Assembly: GCA_963764165.1 (NCBI GenBank)
Contig: CAVXRD010000002.1
Location: forward strand, 2,880,001-2,944,000
Source of the DNA: an uncultured Verrucomicrobiae bacterium
Lineage (GTDB): Bacteria > Verrucomicrobiota > Verrucomicrobiia > Limisphaerales > Palsa-1400
DNA length: 64,000 bases
Direction of reading: 5' to 3'
Shown here: piece by piece, positions 52,101 through 61,328 of the stretch
How positions within the stretch are numbered: the first letter of the stretch is position 1
Layout: each line of letters begins with the position of its first letter
Notes under the pieces: generated by a model
The model's database searches: none
What the model was told of the DNA's origin: nothing
What the model saw: only the letters and a program-made list of their open reading frames with translations
Made by a program: the position numbers and the translations under genes

Positions 52101-54071
52101 TGCCCGGACTCGGATTTTGCGGACATCGTTTATTTGACTTCGCCAAAAATCGCCATGGCGAACGGACCTTCGCAATTGCGATTCCGCCAGAGTTTCAATT
52201 TGGAGGACACTTACGACGGAGGCATTTTGCAGATCAGCATTGCGGGCCAGCCTTTTAAAGAGATTGAAGCCGCCGGTGGCACGTTCGAGCAGGGCAGTTA
52301 TGTCGAGGCGCTCAGCCAGCAAGGCGACTCAGGATGCGCCACGGAGCTGCACGATGCGAAAGCCTGGAGCGGCGACTCGGATGGATTCGAATCGGTCGTG
52401 ATTCATCTGCCCGTCGCCGCAGAGGGAAAATCCGTCCAGTTTCGCTGGGTTTGCGGCACCGATTGCCAAAATGCCGACCTCATCGGCATCGGGGGATGGT
52501 GGATCGATGACATCGCCATCACCCAAACCAACTGGAACTGCTGCGGTTCGTCCGCGCTTTCAGGTGTGCCGATTCCAATGATTACGTTCCCGCTGGTCGA
52601 CTTTGCCACGAATAACCCGTCCATCACCGTCACAGGCACAGGCGTGGCGAAGGCCGCCGTTTCCATTTACGACGGCGGAACGCTCGTCGGCAAAAAGACG
52701 GTGGGCGCAACAGGCAACTTCAGCATTCCCATCAAGCTCGGAATTGGCGCGCATGCGCTGACGGCGCTGGAAACTTCCAACGGCATCAGCAGCGAGGCCA
52801 CGGCGCCGATCACCGTGACCATGAACCTTGCCCCAGCGATTACAGCCCAGCCGCAAGACATCCTCGGCTTTCCCAAAGAGACGGTGAAGTTCACCGCCAG
52901 CGCGGCGGGATTTCTGCCCTTGCATTACGATTGGCAGAAGAACGGCGTCTCCGTGCCCGGCGGAAGCTCCTCCAATTTGACGCTCGCCAATCTCACCTCC
53001 GGCAGCGAGGGAGATTATCAGCTCGTTGTCAATAACAGCTACGGCTCGGCCACCAGCTCCGTGGCGGCGTTGACGCTGGAAGCGAACCCTTTTGCGGGGC
53101 TGGCGGGCACGTATTGCGGATTATTTGCCGAGACCAGCGCGCAATTCGACAGTTCGGGATTTTTGAAGTTGACACTCACCTCCCTTGGAACTTTCAGCGG
53201 AACGATTCTGAATGCGGGCGCCATGTATAATTTCTCCGGCGCATTTTCAACGGCAGGCCAGGCGCAATTAACGCTGAAATCATTGAGCGCAACGCTGAAT
53301 CTTGACTTGACAGGCGCTTCGAATCAAATCACCGGAACCGTGTCGGGTTCAACTTGGACGGCATCCTTGCAAGCGGATCTGGCAGTGTTTTCCAAGGCCA
53401 GCCCCGCGCCGGAGGCGGGGAAATTCACCTTTGCGCTTTCGAATTCCAGCGACGGCGCGGCCAGCCCGGGCGGGGAGGGTTTCGGGACGCTCACTGTGGC
53501 CAGCACGGGACTCATTTCCATGAGCGGCAACCTTGCGGACAACACCAGCGTCACGCCGGCGGGGGCCAGCGTGTCCAAGTATGGCCAGTGGCCGCTCTAT
53601 ATTCCGCTTTATGGGAAACTCGGCTCGCTGTCGGGCTGGGTGAACTTTGGCACAACCAGCAGCTTCGCCGGCCAGGCCAGTTGGTTCCGCGTCGGCCCGG
53701 ATGGCAAGCTCTACAAATCCGGATTCACCAACAGCGTGGATGTCCTCGGATCTTCCTTCGTGGCAGGCAAGGCTGGCAATCCGGTTTTGGCCGCGACAAA
53801 TTACACCTTGACTCTCAGCGGCGGCGGATTGGCCGCAGACCGGACGGTTGGGCTGACGCTGACAAGCGCGGGAAAATTTCTCACCAACACTGGCAATGAT
53901 CTAAAATTGACCCTGTCACTTTCGCCGTCCACCGGCGTCCTGACGGGATCATTTGTCGACCCGCAAACGCATGTGAAGGTGGCAATCAAAGGCGTGATTT
54001 TGCAGCAGCAAAATTCCGCCGCCGGGTTTTTCGTCAGCACCAACGCAACAGGAACGGTCTTGATCCAGTAA
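49128..54071 (+). CDS. large exported S8 (subtilisin, KP-43-like) serine protease with Ig domains and C-terminal beta-rich domain
   Basis: DSG, HG, AAGN, GTSHSTP triad motifs; VTLAWTD...NDLDL; APAITAQPQ Ig domain. Confidence 0.9.
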   Translation: MKKFYLTLASALCFCALAPWTGGEPASPTNSPARHKVQITDLRLAPQVTRAGARLIADYGSYQLYDAPADLPSLPAESAELRDEYNLIHLNAGELDTTASDVKAMSKTIGPFSGKRMHLVQFAGPVRPQWRKELLDAGVEIITYIPNNAYLVYGEAADLARVQGWAASAPHVQWEGAYQDEFRIHPMARPETARSDQFAIQLVADAAANAKTLQLIDQLKLAPVSRNRHVLNYVNLVVHLTPADVTKIAAMPDVVSIQPYETPRKFDERQDQIAAGNLSGSAPSGPGYLAWLASKGFTQAQFTASGLVVDVSDSGIDNGTTSPNHFGLYAEGIMGGGNSRVVYTRLEGTPNPGSTLEGCDGHGNINAHIVGGYDNSNNPGSRLVFEDKDGYHYGLGACPFVSLGSSVIFDPTNWTEPSFENLLSQAYENGVRISNNSWGDQDDGDCPAVTGGAYNIDSQEYDALVRDSQPGGALYPAAGNQEMTIVFAAGNNGQCGAKSVSAPATGKNVIAVGAADSVQLFGGSNGGADLGGVTDGMAKSANDIVNFSGRGPCADGRKKPDLVAPGTHISGGAPQSSDPGATGAGLDCFLANTEYTVGVDGGPNGSFFFPVDGQQFYTASSGTSHSTPCVAGGCALVWQYFLNQNLPAPSPAMAKAWLMNSARYLDGSLAKDSLWSATQGMGEMNLGTAFDGTPRILRDEDTGDLFTASGQSRSFAGAVADAAKPFRVTLAWTDAPGNTIGAAYNNDLDLTVAVGGKTYKGNVFAGANSTTGGSADIRDNVESVFLPAGASGKFTVTVTATSINSLAVPGAAGVVNQDFALVVYNAGQTPVLASGGAQLMTESCQPTNGVADPGETVTMNLTLQNAGTAGTTNLMATLLAGSTVSSPSGAQSYGVISPGGSAAMPFSFTASGNCGETATAALQLQDGSASLGTVTYNFPLGQLVIATNFAENFDEATAPSLPDGWGTSDLHSRASWTTEAGIDFSAPNAVYCPDSDFADIVYLTSPKIAMANGPSQLRFRQSFNLEDTYDGGILQISIAGQPFKEIEAAGGTFEQGSYVEALSQQGDSGCATELHDAKAWSGDSDGFESVVIHLPVAAEGKSVQFRWVCGTDCQNADLIGIGGWWIDDIAITQTNWNCCGSSALSGVPIPMITFPLVDFATNNPSITVTGTGVAKAAVSIYDGGTLVGKKTVGATGNFSIPIKLGIGAHALTALETSNGISSEATAPITVTMNLAPAITAQPQDILGFPKETVKFTASAAGFLPLHYDWQKNGVSVPGGSSSNLTLANLTSGSEGDYQLVVNNSYGSATSSVAALTLEANPFAGLAGTYCGLFAETSAQFDSSGFLKLTLTSLGTFSGTILNAGAMYNFSGAFSTAGQAQLTLKSLSATLNLDLTGASNQITGTVSGSTWTASLQADLAVFSKASPAPEAGKFTFALSNSSDGAASPGGEGFGTLTVASTGLISMSGNLADNTSVTPAGASVSKYGQWPLYIPLYGKLGSLSGWVNFGTTSSFAGQASWFRVGPDGKLYKSGFTNSVDVLGSSFVAGKAGNPVLAATNYTLTLSGGGLAADRTVGLTLTSAGKFLTNTGNDLKLTLSLSPSTGVLTGSFVDPQTHVKVAIKGVILQQQNSAAGFFVSTNATGTVLIQ

Positions 54072-54255
54072 TCCTTCCTATACCCCTGTAAGGACTATTC
54101 GTCCTATAAAAAGCGCCCCGGTTGCGGGAACCTCCCCGCCGGGCTAACTTACACAGTCCGCCCAAGATTGCGGAATTGTAATGCCACCGAAAGTGCCGCG
54201 TAATGCGGTCAGACGAGACTGGTGAAGTGAAATGAAGTGGAAGGTAAAATCAATC

Positions 54256-56397
54256 ATGCGTTTTAGAAGCAGGGCCGCCCGGGCGCTGGGAGGCGTGGCA
54301 TTGACAATCGCGCTATGCGTTTCCGGCGCGCATCTCATCGCCGAAAACAGCGCCGATGAAGCGGAAATCACGCGCGCCACCGCCAGCTTGCTGGAGCACT
54401 CTCAGTTCTCCCAGAACCCCCTTGATGACCGGCTTTCGGGCAAGTTTCTAAGCCTCTACATGGATTCGCTCGACGGATCGCGCGTGGTTTTTCTCGAATC
54501 GGACGCCAGCGAATTTTCGGCCCTCAGCACCGATCTGGCCAGACGCATCTCTAAAAAAGGCGACACCAAGGCCTGCCACCAGATATTCGCGCGCTATCTC
54601 CAGCGTCTCGGCGAGGAAGTGAATTACGAAACGAATTATTTGCGCGCCGGAAATTTTGATTTCACCGGCCATGACACGTGGCAGCCCGACCGTCACGACG
54701 CGCTCCCGCCCCGCGACCTCGCGGCGGCGAAGGCGCTCTGGCGCGAGCAGGTGCGGGAGGATTATCTGCGCGAGCATCTGGCGGGAACCCCGCGCGAGAA
54801 AATCATTTCGACGCTCATGCATCGCTACGAGCGCCAATTGCAAACCATGCAGCACATGAGCTCCAGCGACGTGCTAGAGGTATATCTCAATGCGCTGGCC
54901 CACGTTTACGATCCGCATTCGGATTATTTCGGCAAAGAGGAATCGGAGAATTTCAAAATTGAAATGAACCTGTCGTTGGTCGGCATCGGCGCCACGCTGC
55001 AAAGCAAGGATGGCGTGTGCGTCGTCTCCGATCTGGTTCCGGGAGGCCCCGCTGACAAAAGCGGCCAGATGAAGCCCGGCGACCGCATCGTGGCGGTGGG
55101 GCAGGCGACGGGCGACCCGGTGGATATTGTTGACATGCCTTTGCCGAAGGCGGTCGAATTAGTGCGCGGGGCCAAAGGCTCGACGGTTCGTTTGACAGTG
55201 ATTCCCGCGGGCGCGGGCGATTCCGCGCGAAAGGTCATCACGCTGGTGCGCGACCAGATCAATCTGGCGGATGAACATGCCAAGGCGACCATTCTCGATT
55301 TGCCGCAGCCGGGGGCGCAGCCGATGCGGATCGGCGTGATTGATTTGCCGTCGTTTTACGAAAAGGATGGGGACAAGAACAACGGCGTCTCCGCTGACAC
55401 CGCCCGCCTTATCAAGCGCCTCAAAAAGGAAAATGTGCGGGGGTTGATCCTGGATTTGCGCCGCAACGGCGGTGGCTCGCTCGATGAAGCGGTGCGGTTG
55501 GCTGGCCTTTTCATTCCATCGGGTCCCGTTGTGCAAACGCGCGGGCCGGATGGCGACGCGGACATCGACGTCTCGCCAAATTCCAAACCGCTCTACACCG
55601 GGCCATTGATAGTATTGACGAGCCGGATGAGCGCTTCGGCTTCGGAAATTGTCGCGGGCGCTTTGCAGGATTATGGCCGCGGGCTGATCGTGGGCGACAC
55701 GTCCACCTTCGGAAAAGGGACGGTGCAGACGGTTGTGCCCCTCGGGCATTTCTTCCATCGCCGCGGCATGGGCGAGGTGAAAGTGACCATCCGCAAATTT
55801 TACCGGCCCAGCGGCGCGTCGACCCAATTGAAGGGCGTCGCGTCCAACATCATTCTGCCCTCGACCACGGATTTGCCGGAAATCAGCGAAGGCAAATTGC
55901 CCAATGCGCTGCCGTGGGATTTGATGCCACCGACGTCATTCACCAATCTCGATTTGGTCGTCCCAGTGCTCGCGGAGGTTGCCGAGAAATCGCGCGCCCG
56001 CGTCGCCGCCAATCCGGCCTTCGGCCTTATGCGCAAGGAAGCCGCGCTCATCGCCAAGGATGAAGGCACCAACGCGCTGGTCTTGAACGAGGCGGATCGT
56101 CTTCGCGAAAAAAACCAGCTCGACGATCTCGAGGCGAAATTAAAGAAGACGATTGAAGTTGAGTTTTCCAACGCCCCGCCGAGTTTCGAGCTGACGCTCG
56201 CCACGGTGGACGCGCCGAAATTGCAGCCCGTTGCCAAAACCCGCGCCAGCAAGAGCGTCGACAAAGAGGACGGCGACCTCGAACTGCGCGAGACAGAGTA
56301 TATTCTAGTTGACTACATTCGCGCGCTGGCGTCCCGGCCCGGAGGCGTGATGGTGGCGGGAGCGCATTCCGCGAAAACCCGCAGCTACGGCGAATGA
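54256..56397 (+). CDS. prc: carboxy-terminal processing (tail-specific) protease, S41
   Basis: YDPHSDY, GIGATL PDZ, DLRRNGGGSL, SASASEIVAGALQDYGR, FGKGTVQ; alternative start 54232. Confidence 0.92.
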   Translation: MRFRSRAARALGGVALTIALCVSGAHLIAENSADEAEITRATASLLEHSQFSQNPLDDRLSGKFLSLYMDSLDGSRVVFLESDASEFSALSTDLARRISKKGDTKACHQIFARYLQRLGEEVNYETNYLRAGNFDFTGHDTWQPDRHDALPPRDLAAAKALWREQVREDYLREHLAGTPREKIISTLMHRYERQLQTMQHMSSSDVLEVYLNALAHVYDPHSDYFGKEESENFKIEMNLSLVGIGATLQSKDGVCVVSDLVPGGPADKSGQMKPGDRIVAVGQATGDPVDIVDMPLPKAVELVRGAKGSTVRLTVIPAGAGDSARKVITLVRDQINLADEHAKATILDLPQPGAQPMRIGVIDLPSFYEKDGDKNNGVSADTARLIKRLKKENVRGLILDLRRNGGGSLDEAVRLAGLFIPSGPVVQTRGPDGDADIDVSPNSKPLYTGPLIVLTSRMSASASEIVAGALQDYGRGLIVGDTSTFGKGTVQTVVPLGHFFHRRGMGEVKVTIRKFYRPSGASTQLKGVASNIILPSTTDLPEISEGKLPNALPWDLMPPTSFTNLDLVVPVLAEVAEKSRARVAANPAFGLMRKEAALIAKDEGTNALVLNEADRLREKNQLDDLEAKLKKTIEVEFSNAPPSFELTLATVDAPKLQPVAKTRASKSVDKEDGDLELRETEYILVDYIRALASRPGGVMVAGAHSAKTRSYGE

Positions 56398-56419
56398 GCG
56401 GGAGCGGAGCCGCGAAGCG

Positions 56420-56519
56420 AGGTAGGGACGCCTCGCCGAGGCGTCCGAGGCTGTGGCGTTTTTCGAAAGCGTTCGGACTTGTGAAACTCCCCGGACGCCT
56501 CGGCGAGGCGTCCCTGCCT
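56420..56519. repeat. REPIN family A
   Basis: aggtagggacgcctcgccgaggcgtcc ... ggacgcctcggcgaggcgtccctgcct. Confidence 0.9.
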
Positions 56520-56535
56520 TTTCGCTTCGCTCAAA

Positions 56536-57834
56536 TCACAACGGCGTGATCGTTATTTCGTGACTGAGCGGCACGAACGCTTTTTCAATGGCCAGAACGA
56601 GCGGGGCGCGGTTCTTCTCGGTTTCGGCAACGGTTTTTTCCATGTTTTCTTTTCCGTCCTTGCCGTGGAACAGAACCTTGATTTGCTTGGTTTCGAATTC
56701 CTGTTTGGCGGCCACCGCTTCATCGACCGCCTTGAACCGAGCCGAGAAGGGATTCACTGCAAAGTCAGCGGCGAGATTGATTCCCTTTTGCAATTGTTCC
56801 GCCGTGTATTCATGGCTTTCGATTTCCCACGTCACGCGATATTTTTTGGCCTTCGTGCCTTTGACTATCAGCATGAGGCGATTCAACTCTTCATTAAACG
56901 GCACCAGCGCCATCCCGGAGCGAAGGCTGTCTGGCTTGTCGATATCGCCGGTGGCGCAGAAAGGGTAACGCGAACTGCGCACCGTCAGCACGCTGCCGTG
57001 GAATGACTGCAATTGATGCCCTTCGGAAACGGAAGCGCGATTATTTGACAAATCAACCGTGTAGGTCCCGATTTCTCCGTGAACTCCGAGGCCTTTGAGA
57101 AACGAGTACGCCATGACGAGGTGCCCCGCCCAACCGGGATGCACCGAGTCTTTTCCTGCGAGCGTATAATTTGGCCCGAAACGATTCACGGCGTGGTATT
57201 GCGCCAGATACATATTCCAAAAAACATCCGCAAAAGGCTCGTGCTGCCTCTCCGCGATGCCGATGTCGATATCGCGCAGCATGCAAAGATTGATGTTCTT
57301 CTCCTTCGGCGTGCCTGTCACAAAATTCCACGTCGGATTGCTCATGCCCATGCACCCCGGCGCGCCCACCACCACCCGCGCGCCGATGGATTCAAACGCC
57401 AGCACAATGTCCGTCATGTTCGATCCGTAAGCCGCGCCAATGCTCGGCTCGTAGGGGCGGTAATGCTGATCGTTCATCCCATAGCAAGTCGTCGCAATCG
57501 TCGGATAAAAGCGCAGGACGTCATTGGTCATCCGATGCAGGAATCCAGAGGCCTGCTCACCGCTCCATCCGTATTGGCGCGTCTTGATGTGCAATTCCGG
57601 CATCGCCACCGTGAGATACGTCTCCATGATGCGCGAATACATCCGCTGCTCGGTGATCGAATCGCCGCAAATGGCCAGGCGATCATTCGGTCGCAACTCG
57701 AGGCCCCGCGACTTCGGCGCGGCAATGAGCGGCAGCCCCTCGAAGTAAGGATCTTTGGGAGTCGAAATGGATTCGGCAAAAAGCGCTCCGCAAAAGCCAA
57801 GGCTGGCAAGGGCGACGGTGATTCGGATGTTCAT
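56536..57834 (-). CDS. exported SGNH/GDSL hydrolase
   Basis: GDSIT, GWSGE, YGMND, DSVHP blocks; signal peptide. Confidence 0.88.
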   Translation of the reverse strand: MNIRITVALASLGFCGALFAESISTPKDPYFEGLPLIAAPKSRGLELRPNDRLAICGDSITEQRMYSRIMETYLTVAMPELHIKTRQYGWSGEQASGFLHRMTNDVLRFYPTIATTCYGMNDQHYRPYEPSIGAAYGSNMTDIVLAFESIGARVVVGAPGCMGMSNPTWNFVTGTPKEKNINLCMLRDIDIGIAERQHEPFADVFWNMYLAQYHAVNRFGPNYTLAGKDSVHPGWAGHLVMAYSFLKGLGVHGEIGTYTVDLSNNRASVSEGHQLQSFHGSVLTVRSSRYPFCATGDIDKPDSLRSGMALVPFNEELNRLMLIVKGTKAKKYRVTWEIESHEYTAEQLQKGINLAADFAVNPFSARFKAVDEAVAAKQEFETKQIKVLFHGKDGKENMEKTVAETEKNRAPLVLAIEKAFVPLSHEITITPL

Positions 57835-57930
57835 GCGGTCGTTTTACGTTACACCCCCAGCGATGGCAACCGGGAAATTCATTTTGCGCCCGTGTAAAAC
57901 GGCGTCGCGTCCAGAAGCTGGGGAAGAAAT

Positions 57931-58030
57931 TAATCTGGAACGCCCGAACTCAGGAAGAGAGGCAGCCGGATTCACGCGCATCGTTGATTTGGATCCGGCC
58001 TGTTTTCCTGATTTCATGAGTTCCAGATTA
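57931..58030. repeat. inverted repeat element, same family as 48538-48702
   Basis: taatctggaacgcccgaactcaggaa ... ttcctgatttcatgagttccagatta. Confidence 0.7.
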
Positions 58031-58149
58031 TTTTGTTTTCCCTTTGCGACTTCGCGCACTCCCGCCCTTGTGTTAAAGTTCGGCTTCATCAGGCATCGTC
58101 CACGCATGGCAAACGATTGCGCGCAGATTAATATATAATCTCCAAAAAG

Positions 58150-58231
58150 CCGCTACACCCGCTACATCGTTGATTATAAGGAGTTTAACCCGCTACAAAA
58201 ATAGCAACAAAGCAGCAACATACCCGCTACA
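58150..58231 (+). repeat. cluster of CCGCTACA/AGCAACA direct repeats
   Basis: CCGCTACA at 58150, 58159, 58190, 58224; AGCAACA at 58203, 58214; AT-rich TTGATTATAA core. Confidence 0.7.
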
Positions 58232-58369
58232 TTTCGCGCCCCCGGCTTGTTTTCCACTCGTCCGCTTCATTAAAAAAGGAGGATGCACTGGACTTTTTAC
58301 AACAAGGTAACGAAGGCCACGAAGAAATTTTGTCTCACACTTCAACAGTCAATCCCAGCCATCATCTGC

Positions 58370-58397
58370 TTTACAGGCGCGTTTTGTAAGCTATAAT
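58370..58397 (+). promoter_or_regulatory. sigma70 promoter for the FecR-domain array
   Basis: TTTACA-N16-TATAAT. Confidence 0.55.
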
Positions 58398-58438
58398 AAG
58401 GCAAGTCGCCAAAAGCCAAATTTCCCGAATCCAAGAAG

Positions 58439-59080
58439 ATGAAAAGGCATGTTCTGAATGTCTTAGCAGCCGCGGCAGCGGTGCTGTGGATTGCGGGTTG
58501 TTCGTCTGGCCCGTCGACGGATGGAGAAGCCGTCGTTCTGCGCGTCAGAGGCGAGCCCGTTTGCTCGCAAAACGGAGTTTCCAATTTGCTTGCCCGTGGA
58601 ATGAGGCTTCATCCGGGTGAGAAGATTGCGACCGACGCCAATTCGCGTGTTTGGCTGCATGCCAAAGGAATCAAATCCCCGCTGTTGATAGAGCCATCAT
58701 CGAAGGTGGATTACAATGAACTGACAAATGTTTACCCTTCCACTCCGGTCAAGTCGGATATGCGATTAGACCTGAAGCAAGGCGTCGTGCGCGCGAACGT
58801 AAGCGAAGCCGACAAAATTGCCCGTTTCGAGATTGTGACTCCCCTCGGCGTTGCGGCGGTGATGGAGCCCGGGAACCTTGAATTGCAAGTGGAGAATTTG
58901 GGGAAAGATGGGCTACGGACGACTTTTGGCTGCGGGGCTGGAAACGCCTACATAATTGGAGTAGCCGGTTACGGGCCAACGTCCTTAACCCTTCACGGCG
59001 GGCAGCAGCTTGTGTGCTGCGGGATTTCCGGCACGCGGAACTCGGTCGTCGTGAAATCGCCCCCAGCGCGGCAAAAATGA
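58439..59080 (+). CDS. FecR-domain lipoprotein 1
   Basis: Lipobox IAGC; GEKIATDANSRV, LDLKQG, FEIVTPLGVAAV. Confidence 0.78.
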   Translation: MKRHVLNVLAAAAAVLWIAGCSSGPSTDGEAVVLRVRGEPVCSQNGVSNLLARGMRLHPGEKIATDANSRVWLHAKGIKSPLLIEPSSKVDYNELTNVYPSTPVKSDMRLDLKQGVVRANVSEADKIARFEIVTPLGVAAVMEPGNLELQVENLGKDGLRTTFGCGAGNAYIIGVAGYGPTSLTLHGGQQLVCCGISGTRNSVVVKSPPARQK

Positions 59081-59739
59081 TGAGAACACTTATCATCGCA
59101 TTTTTTGCAGCGGCATTTTGCATTGGATGCTCCTCTCCTTCGCCTACCGGGAAACGCTTGGCCCGGCGAGATGCGGAAGCCGTTGTCCTGCGCTGCACTG
59201 GAAGGCCGATATGCTCGCGGTATGAATCGGAGCACGAAATTACGTACGCGCTCAAACGCGGAATGAAGATCCCCTTGGGGGCGAAGATCATGACCGATGC
59301 CAACTCGCGTGTTTGGCTGAGCATCAACGGCCAACAATCCACCGTGTTGATTGAACCATCCTCGGAGGTCAGGCCCATTTTGGAGAAGGGAACGGGATCG
59401 TGCATGTTGGATGTAAGGGCTGGCGAAATTTCCGTGAAGTTGAAGAAAATCGAGCCGGATGATCGCTTTGAGATTCTAACTCCCAGAGGCGTGGCTGGAA
59501 CCCGCGACGAAGCAAGTTTCCGCTTCAATACTGAGCGGTTAGGGGTATCTAGCTCCGGTCCGTGGCGGGTGACTTTTTCCTGCCAGGCCGGAACCTTATA
59601 TGTGACAAAAAGCGTATCCGTTGCGGGTGTGCAAGATTTCGTAGCCATCCACGCCGGCCAGCAGTACGTCGTCTGCGATATTTCCGGCCGAGAGAAGTCA
59701 GTCGTCGTGGAGTCACCCTCAACTCGTCAAAAATTATGA
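59077..59739 (+). CDS. FecR-domain lipoprotein 2
   Basis: Lipobox CIGC; IMTDANSRV, LDVRAG, FEILTPRGVAG; ATGA overlap. Confidence 0.78.
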   Translation: MMRTLIIAFFAAAFCIGCSSPSPTGKRLARRDAEAVVLRCTGRPICSRYESEHEITYALKRGMKIPLGAKIMTDANSRVWLSINGQQSTVLIEPSSEVRPILEKGTGSCMLDVRAGEISVKLKKIEPDDRFEILTPRGVAGTRDEASFRFNTERLGVSSSGPWRVTFSCQAGTLYVTKSVSVAGVQDFVAIHAGQQYVVCDISGREKSVVVESPSTRQKL

Positions 59740-60521
59740 AAATCCGCATTCTAGATTTCTTCACAATTACAACCGTGGTTTGCTGGGCTGGAGGATGTGC
59801 CTCGTCGCCAACCGGGCAAGCACCCTCCTCAAATACTGAGAAAGCAACCGTTCGATCCGTTCGCGGGGTTGCCCATTATTCGGCAAATGGAGCTTCGAGC
59901 ACGCTTAAACCGGGAATGACCTTGTCTCCCGGGGCGGCCATTCTAACAGGCGAAGATTCTGACGTGTATGCGTCTGTAAATGGAATCACATCGAAAATAA
60001 GAGTCTCGCCGTCTTCCGAATTAGACTTGCAGGAGATGAATTCCGTTGGATCCGGCACGAAGGCGCACAAGGAAACCATTTTGAATTTGAAAAAAGGATC
60101 CATTTTGGGACAAGTGAAAAGCCTTACGAATAACTCCGCCTACGAAATTCGCACGCCAAAGGGCGTCGCCACGATTTACGACGGGGATTTCTCCATAACG
60201 GTCCAACCTTCGGATAACGGCGATATTCATGTGAACTTTGTATGCCTCAGGGGCACGGTTTCAGTGTCGGCTGAAATCAGCGGGCAAACTAAAGCCGTCG
60301 AATTGCGCAATAGCCAGCAATGCGACGTAGGCGCGGAGTTCTCGGCTGTCAAACCTTTCGAGATCCAATTTATTTGCACTTACCCGCCGCCAGGAGGTTT
60401 GATTCCTCCGCTGCTTGCGCCTCTCCCGGTGTTTGCGCCTCCTATCTCGATAATACAGCCCTTCGACGGCAACGGGCCGCCGAGGCAAACGATAGTTTCA
60501 TTGCCCCCAGCGCATCGATAA
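59736..60521 (+). CDS. FecR-domain lipoprotein 3 with Pro-rich tail
   Basis: Lipobox AGGC; ILTGEDS, LNLKKGSILGQVK, YEIRTPKGVA; ATGA overlap. Confidence 0.8.
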   Translation: MKIRILDFFTITTVVCWAGGCASSPTGQAPSSNTEKATVRSVRGVAHYSANGASSTLKPGMTLSPGAAILTGEDSDVYASVNGITSKIRVSPSSELDLQEMNSVGSGTKAHKETILNLKKGSILGQVKSLTNNSAYEIRTPKGVATIYDGDFSITVQPSDNGDIHVNFVCLRGTVSVSAEISGQTKAVELRNSQQCDVGAEFSAVKPFEIQFICTYPPPGGLIPPLLAPLPVFAPPISIIQPFDGNGPPRQTIVSLPPAHR

Positions 60522-60523
60522 AC

Positions 60524-61300
60524 ATGAAAACCCATTTACTACAGTCTTGTTTAGCGGCGTGTGCGATGTGCCTCAGCGCCAGCGCCGAACCGCCAGCAGA
60601 TGCGGCGACGAATTTGGTTGATCGCACCGCCGTTGTCCGCACAGTTAAAGGTGAGGCGCGCCGTGTTCAGAACGGCGCTTCCAAAAGGCTCAAGCCGAAC
60701 GTCGAGATTTCTCCCGGAACGACCGTTCTCACAGGATCCCATTCTGAAGCGTACCTGTCAGTAAACGGCGTAACGTCGGCCATCGCAGTTGATCCCTCGT
60801 CGGACCTAAATTTGATGGAAATGAAAAAGATGGGACGCGGTCCAACGGCTGAATCCGAAACGGTCCTGAATCTGAAGAGCGGATCAATCTTTGGTCAGGT
60901 AAAGAAGATTACGGCAAACTCGAAGTACGAAATTCGGACTCCAAACGGCGTCGCCTCGATTCGCGGAACTGACTTTTATATCGAGGTGGAACCGTCCGCG
61001 AGCGGCACGCCGCATGTTAAGTTTTTTAGTATCGCTGGAACTGTAGTCGTCTCGGCGGCGGTCGAAGGGCAAGTCGAGAGCGTTACACTTCACAGCGGGC
61101 AAGAGTGCGAGACTGACGTTGGACATTTGATGGCAACACAAATCGACACCGCGACGATGGCGAAGCTTAACGAGCGGTGTGTCATAATTTGCGGTGGCCC
61201 GGGTTATCCGCAGCCGATGCCGCCACCACCTCCGCCTCCGATCGTGCAGCCTTTCAACGGCAACGGACCGCCGAGGCAGACCGCATCGTCGCCACATTGA
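60524..61300 (+). CDS. FecR-domain secreted protein 4 with Pro-rich tail
   Basis: Sec signal ending ASA; LNLKSGSIFGQVKK, YEIRTPNGVASIRGTDF (canonical FecR motif). Confidence 0.85.
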   Translation: MKTHLLQSCLAACAMCLSASAEPPADAATNLVDRTAVVRTVKGEARRVQNGASKRLKPNVEISPGTTVLTGSHSEAYLSVNGVTSAIAVDPSSDLNLMEMKKMGRGPTAESETVLNLKSGSIFGQVKKITANSKYEIRTPNGVASIRGTDFYIEVEPSASGTPHVKFFSIAGTVVVSAAVEGQVESVTLHSGQECETDVGHLMATQIDTATMAKLNERCVIICGGPGYPQPMPPPPPPPIVQPFNGNGPPRQTASSPH

Positions 61301-61328
61301 ATAATTCATAAACCCAGTCGATATCAAA

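Noticed and set aside
58150..58231. Possible CRISPR array
   Set aside because: Units are only 7-8 bp with irregular short spacing; no cas genes
60456..61281. 35-bp repeat pair (60456-60490 / 61247-61281) as DGR template/variable repeats
   Set aside because: Short, differences are not one-way adenine-specific, no reverse transcriptase in the window; explained by gene duplication
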